Origin: Phoronis australis
Taxonomy: Eukaryota; Animalia; Phoronida
Length of the DNA stretch: 64,000 nt
Assembly (NCBI GenBank): GCA_002633005.1
Contig: NMRA01000271.1
Location: forward strand, 451,588 to 515,587
Direction: 5' to 3'
Shown: in pieces, positions 60,700 to 64,000 of the stretch
Layout: each line of letters opens with the position of its first letter
Position numbering within the stretch: the stretch's first letter is position 1
Program-made: the position numbers and the translations under genes
Notes under the pieces: generated by a model
What the model saw: the letters and a program-made list of their open reading frames with translations, nothing else
The model's database searches: none
What the model was told of the DNA's origin: nothing

Positions 60700-63245
60700 T
60701 TCAATGTCACGTTAAACTGGAGATCATGAACTGAAGATGCACTCAGGACCAATACTACAAAACAGAAGAGTCAAACATATGTTGTATATCCAAGCCACAC
60801 AAGTGCCACAAGTCAATCTGTTCATCTCTGTATCGATAATATCAGTAAAACATCCAACAAAATATCACCCGTTTTATCAGCAAAACAGTTAACACCATTT
60901 CTGGCATTTTTTTAAATCCCAGACCTTCATGAGCGGTAATCTTTGAATCACCTCACGAATGGTGTTGCCGCTCTCTTCTCGTTCCCCACAGGCACGCTCA
61001 TCATCATTCTTTAACTTCACTGCCGTATTTGTTTTTTTCCTTTTGTTGTCACAATCTTGCAAGAAGATTCGGAACTCGCTTTCCAGGGCCGGATCCAGGA
61101 TTTTGAGTTTGGGGGGGGGGGGNNNNNNNNNNNNNNNNNNNNNNNNNNNNNNNNNNNNNNNNNNNNNNNNNNNNNNNNNNNNNNNNNNNNNNNNNNNNNN
61201 NNNNNNNNNNNNNNNNNNNNNNNNNNNNNNNNNNNNNNNNNNNNNNNNCCCTTGACACCCCCCCCCCCTCCTAAATCTGCCAGTGCTTTCATCTGCATCA
61301 ACAATTTGTTTACTCCTGGCTTACACGCCACATGGAGCAATTGCTAGGTGAGTCTTAGTTTAGAACCCTTGTTTCACTTGGTTTGGTTGAAAAGTATATG
61401 TCTATATTTCAAAACCCTGGTAGAGTGTACTTTCACGCCCTGATTAATCTGTTCGTTGAAGCTCGCCTCACAATAATAACAGTGAACGTGTTTCCTGAAA
61501 TGAAAATAAATTCATATTTCATTTGTGAAAATATCCATAATTAAAATAAGGCTTGATGTACATGTAGTAATTTAGTGGTAATGCTATGATATTGTTTACT
61601 TTGGAAACGAAAGTAACAGTAATGACTCAAAATGTGATTAATTCATTGCACCACACTTATTTTGTAACCCTTTTCACGTTTTATAAGTAAAAAGTTCATA
61701 ACTGTTCGGCACACCACGATGCGTTCTCGATCGCATAAACAAATCAAAAATTTGCGTTTCCGATCGCTTATCTTTGCGTTCTCGATCGCATCTTTCAACA
61801 GAAAAGTGTCGAAGAATCAGAGATCCTGTCAAAACTACGAAAAACAAGCATTGTGTTATATTTTCACAAGTCACTTCTTCATAACTTCATGGTCAATTTA
61901 TTGATTTAGTACCAAAAATAACCGCAATTTGCCAAAATGACATACGAATCACCTTTGACTCAAGCGATGCCTCATTCAACGTAACTTATCTCCAATAATT
62001 GGAACAGAAACCAGCCCAAACCTCTACCTGCCCTTCCTCAATGTGTTACGCCTTGAACCCATGTCTCTGTTTTCACATTGGAAGTAAAAGCAACGTAAAT
62101 TCATCAAATTTACTCACCTTGCCTGGCTTCGCTTCTCGCAACAGGTTTCGTTCTCGATCGCTTTCCGGTCGTTCTCGATCGCGGGTTGGCCGGAGTGATT
62201 TTGAGGTGGACACCTGTATCCAAGAATAAATATTAATATGGACAGCACACAAACGCAATAGTTTGAAAGCTTCTAATTGTGTCGATAGATATTATAATAC
62301 CATGCAGTTTTCATTAATTTATTACTCACGGTTTCGCTCCTGGTCTTCAAAGAAAGCAATCTTTAAAGCTTCCTTTCTCTCCGTGTACTCCTCGATATCC
62401 TTCCCGTCGCACTCATCTATGACTTCAGTCAGATTCTCAACGGAAAATTTAACGTCTTTAATAAACGATAGCTCAACACTGGGTTTTCTCAAGCTCAACT
62501 GTCAAATCATTGCTAGTTGTAATATCTCACCCTCCGCGTTTCGTTTCTTTGGGAGGTTGCGGTATCGTGAAACAACGCCGTCGAGTGAGAGAAGTTGCAC
62601 CGGAAAATTGGAATTGGTTGCAGTACTTTCCTTTAGAGTGCCCCGACTGCCGTTTTCTTGGCAAGTCACCTTGCCTTCCTAAATTTTTCTGGGCATTTAA
62701 GCATCGGCCTTCTGCGGTAATCAACCTTTTATCTGCTATAGAAATGTTACGCCTAGTTTTCTATCATTTTAGCACACTTTGTGGCTCTCTAGCATATCCC
62801 GGGCCTGCTGTAAGTCTAACGTTTGATATTTCGGCAAAAATCGCACACAGCTACAGTTAGCACTGTTATAATCATATTTCTTAATTCCGCCACAGTATGC
62901 ATGCTTGGAAGTTAGTTTTGCTAGGTGTTCTCCCAAATTAATCCACAATAGTTGTTCATTATTAAATGCCTCATTTCCTCCCCAAGGACAGTTCCGTCAA
63001 CACAAAACGTTTCCTTGCCATTCTTCAAAATTCGTGTACATGCGCTCGCTTCAAAGGACCAGTAGCCGTGGCTGGAATGTCGGCAGCTTCACAACTAAGA
63101 CTACACCTAACTCCTGTTGAAATTCTTCATACTTCAAAATTCTTGCTTGCAGGTGCTCATAATTACCTTCAATAGTTTTCATAATAAGAGATTAGAAATC
63201 CGAGTTATCACACACGCCCACTGGCCTGCTGCTGCCTTCCATTTT
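60700..63245 (-). pseudogene. Decayed coding exons of an unidentified (probably transposon) gene
   Basis: Stop-interrupted frames such as KPSVELSFIKDVKFSVENLTEVIDECDGKDIEEYTERKEALKIAFFEDQERN (donor gtgagt near 62329), KHVHCYYCE, and IVDADE|SEFRIFLQDCDNKRKK interrupted by the 61084 insertion. Confidence 0.4.
61084..61286. mobile_element. Short GC-terminal MITE containing an assembly gap
   Basis: cagggccggatccagga ... cctaaatctgccagtg termini, flanked by a direct ctttc. Poly-G/poly-C around the N run. Confidence 0.55.
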
Positions 63246-64000
63246 CACTGCATGACAGCGTTTTCCCGTTCCTTAAAGGGGGCCATTGATGTGATATAAG
63301 TGACCACATTTTTCGTGTTTTTATTGACAAATTATTAAAGGGGCCACTCACGCAGAGAGGGCCCAATGTTGGAATTCAGTGATTACCTCTATTTTCCTGT
63401 TTTTTGTGAAATCGCACAACCGGCTTTCATATTGAGGAATGTCATTTCTTGCTGGGTTACACGACGTGTAAAAGAATCAGCTGTCACTCGTTCCCAAGCT
63501 TAATGATTTTTAGTCTTTCATTCCATTTTAGACGGGATCCTCTCTCGGTGGGGCGCTTCGGGAGAATTGACCTTTTGGTCAATGGGCAGCGCACCATAGG
63601 ACGCTGGGAGGGGAGGGCTATAGCCCCACTTTTTTCAGTGCTACGCTGCATATGGTCTATAGGCGGTGCACTNGGGGGGGGGGTTGAGGGGGCTTTAGTC
63701 CCACTTTTTTCAGTGCTGCGCCCTCTATACACCTCCGACATGTCTCTGCCAACTACTCACGAGGCGATTCCAAATTCATCAAAAACACAAAACATTAGCG
63801 CACAGCACAGAAGCTACCTAGTAAGAAATGACGATGCGTCACTGAACTTAGTTGAAGGCTGACTTAGGAAAATTCGACCAATCATCTGACCACCATATTG
63901 CAATGAAGTACACTAACGATAACAGCGAGAAGTTCATGAATGTCGAGCAGCTCTAAATGCTTTATTGAATTAAAAACCAGACTAGTGAAATTTTTAAAAA

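Noticed and set aside
60959-61347. ORFs spanning the N run
   Set aside because: They are open only because of the assembly gap.

Overview
AT-rich, repeat-dense animal genomic DNA with GT-AG introns, most likely from a marine invertebrate. There are no prokaryotic features. The main feature is a + strand multi-exon gene (about 3753-34951) that I spliced by hand into 19 phase-compatible exons (3168 nt, about 1055 aa; an alternative with one extra exon gives about 1084 aa). Its C-terminal two-thirds is a clear TRPC-family cation channel: TRP_2 domain, S1-S6, LFW pore helix, EWKFSR TRP box and LPVPFN. Its N-terminus keeps only two degenerate ankyrin repeats, preceded by a filamin/ABP280-type Ig repeat and a Ser-rich linker, which is an unusual architecture. 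A diverged tandem copy of the gene's 5' end starts near 43770 and is followed by a further filamin-like exon (52616-52801). Introns and intergenic DNA hold many transposon relics. These include Helentron/HINE-like elements whose internal repeats carry co-oriented CTCF-like motifs about every 150 bp, Kolobok- and Tc1/mariner-like MITEs, LINE and Penelope fragments, a solo LTR, a THAP relic and a decayed intron-containing transposase. Two local duplications joined at single N bases look like haplotype assembly artefacts.
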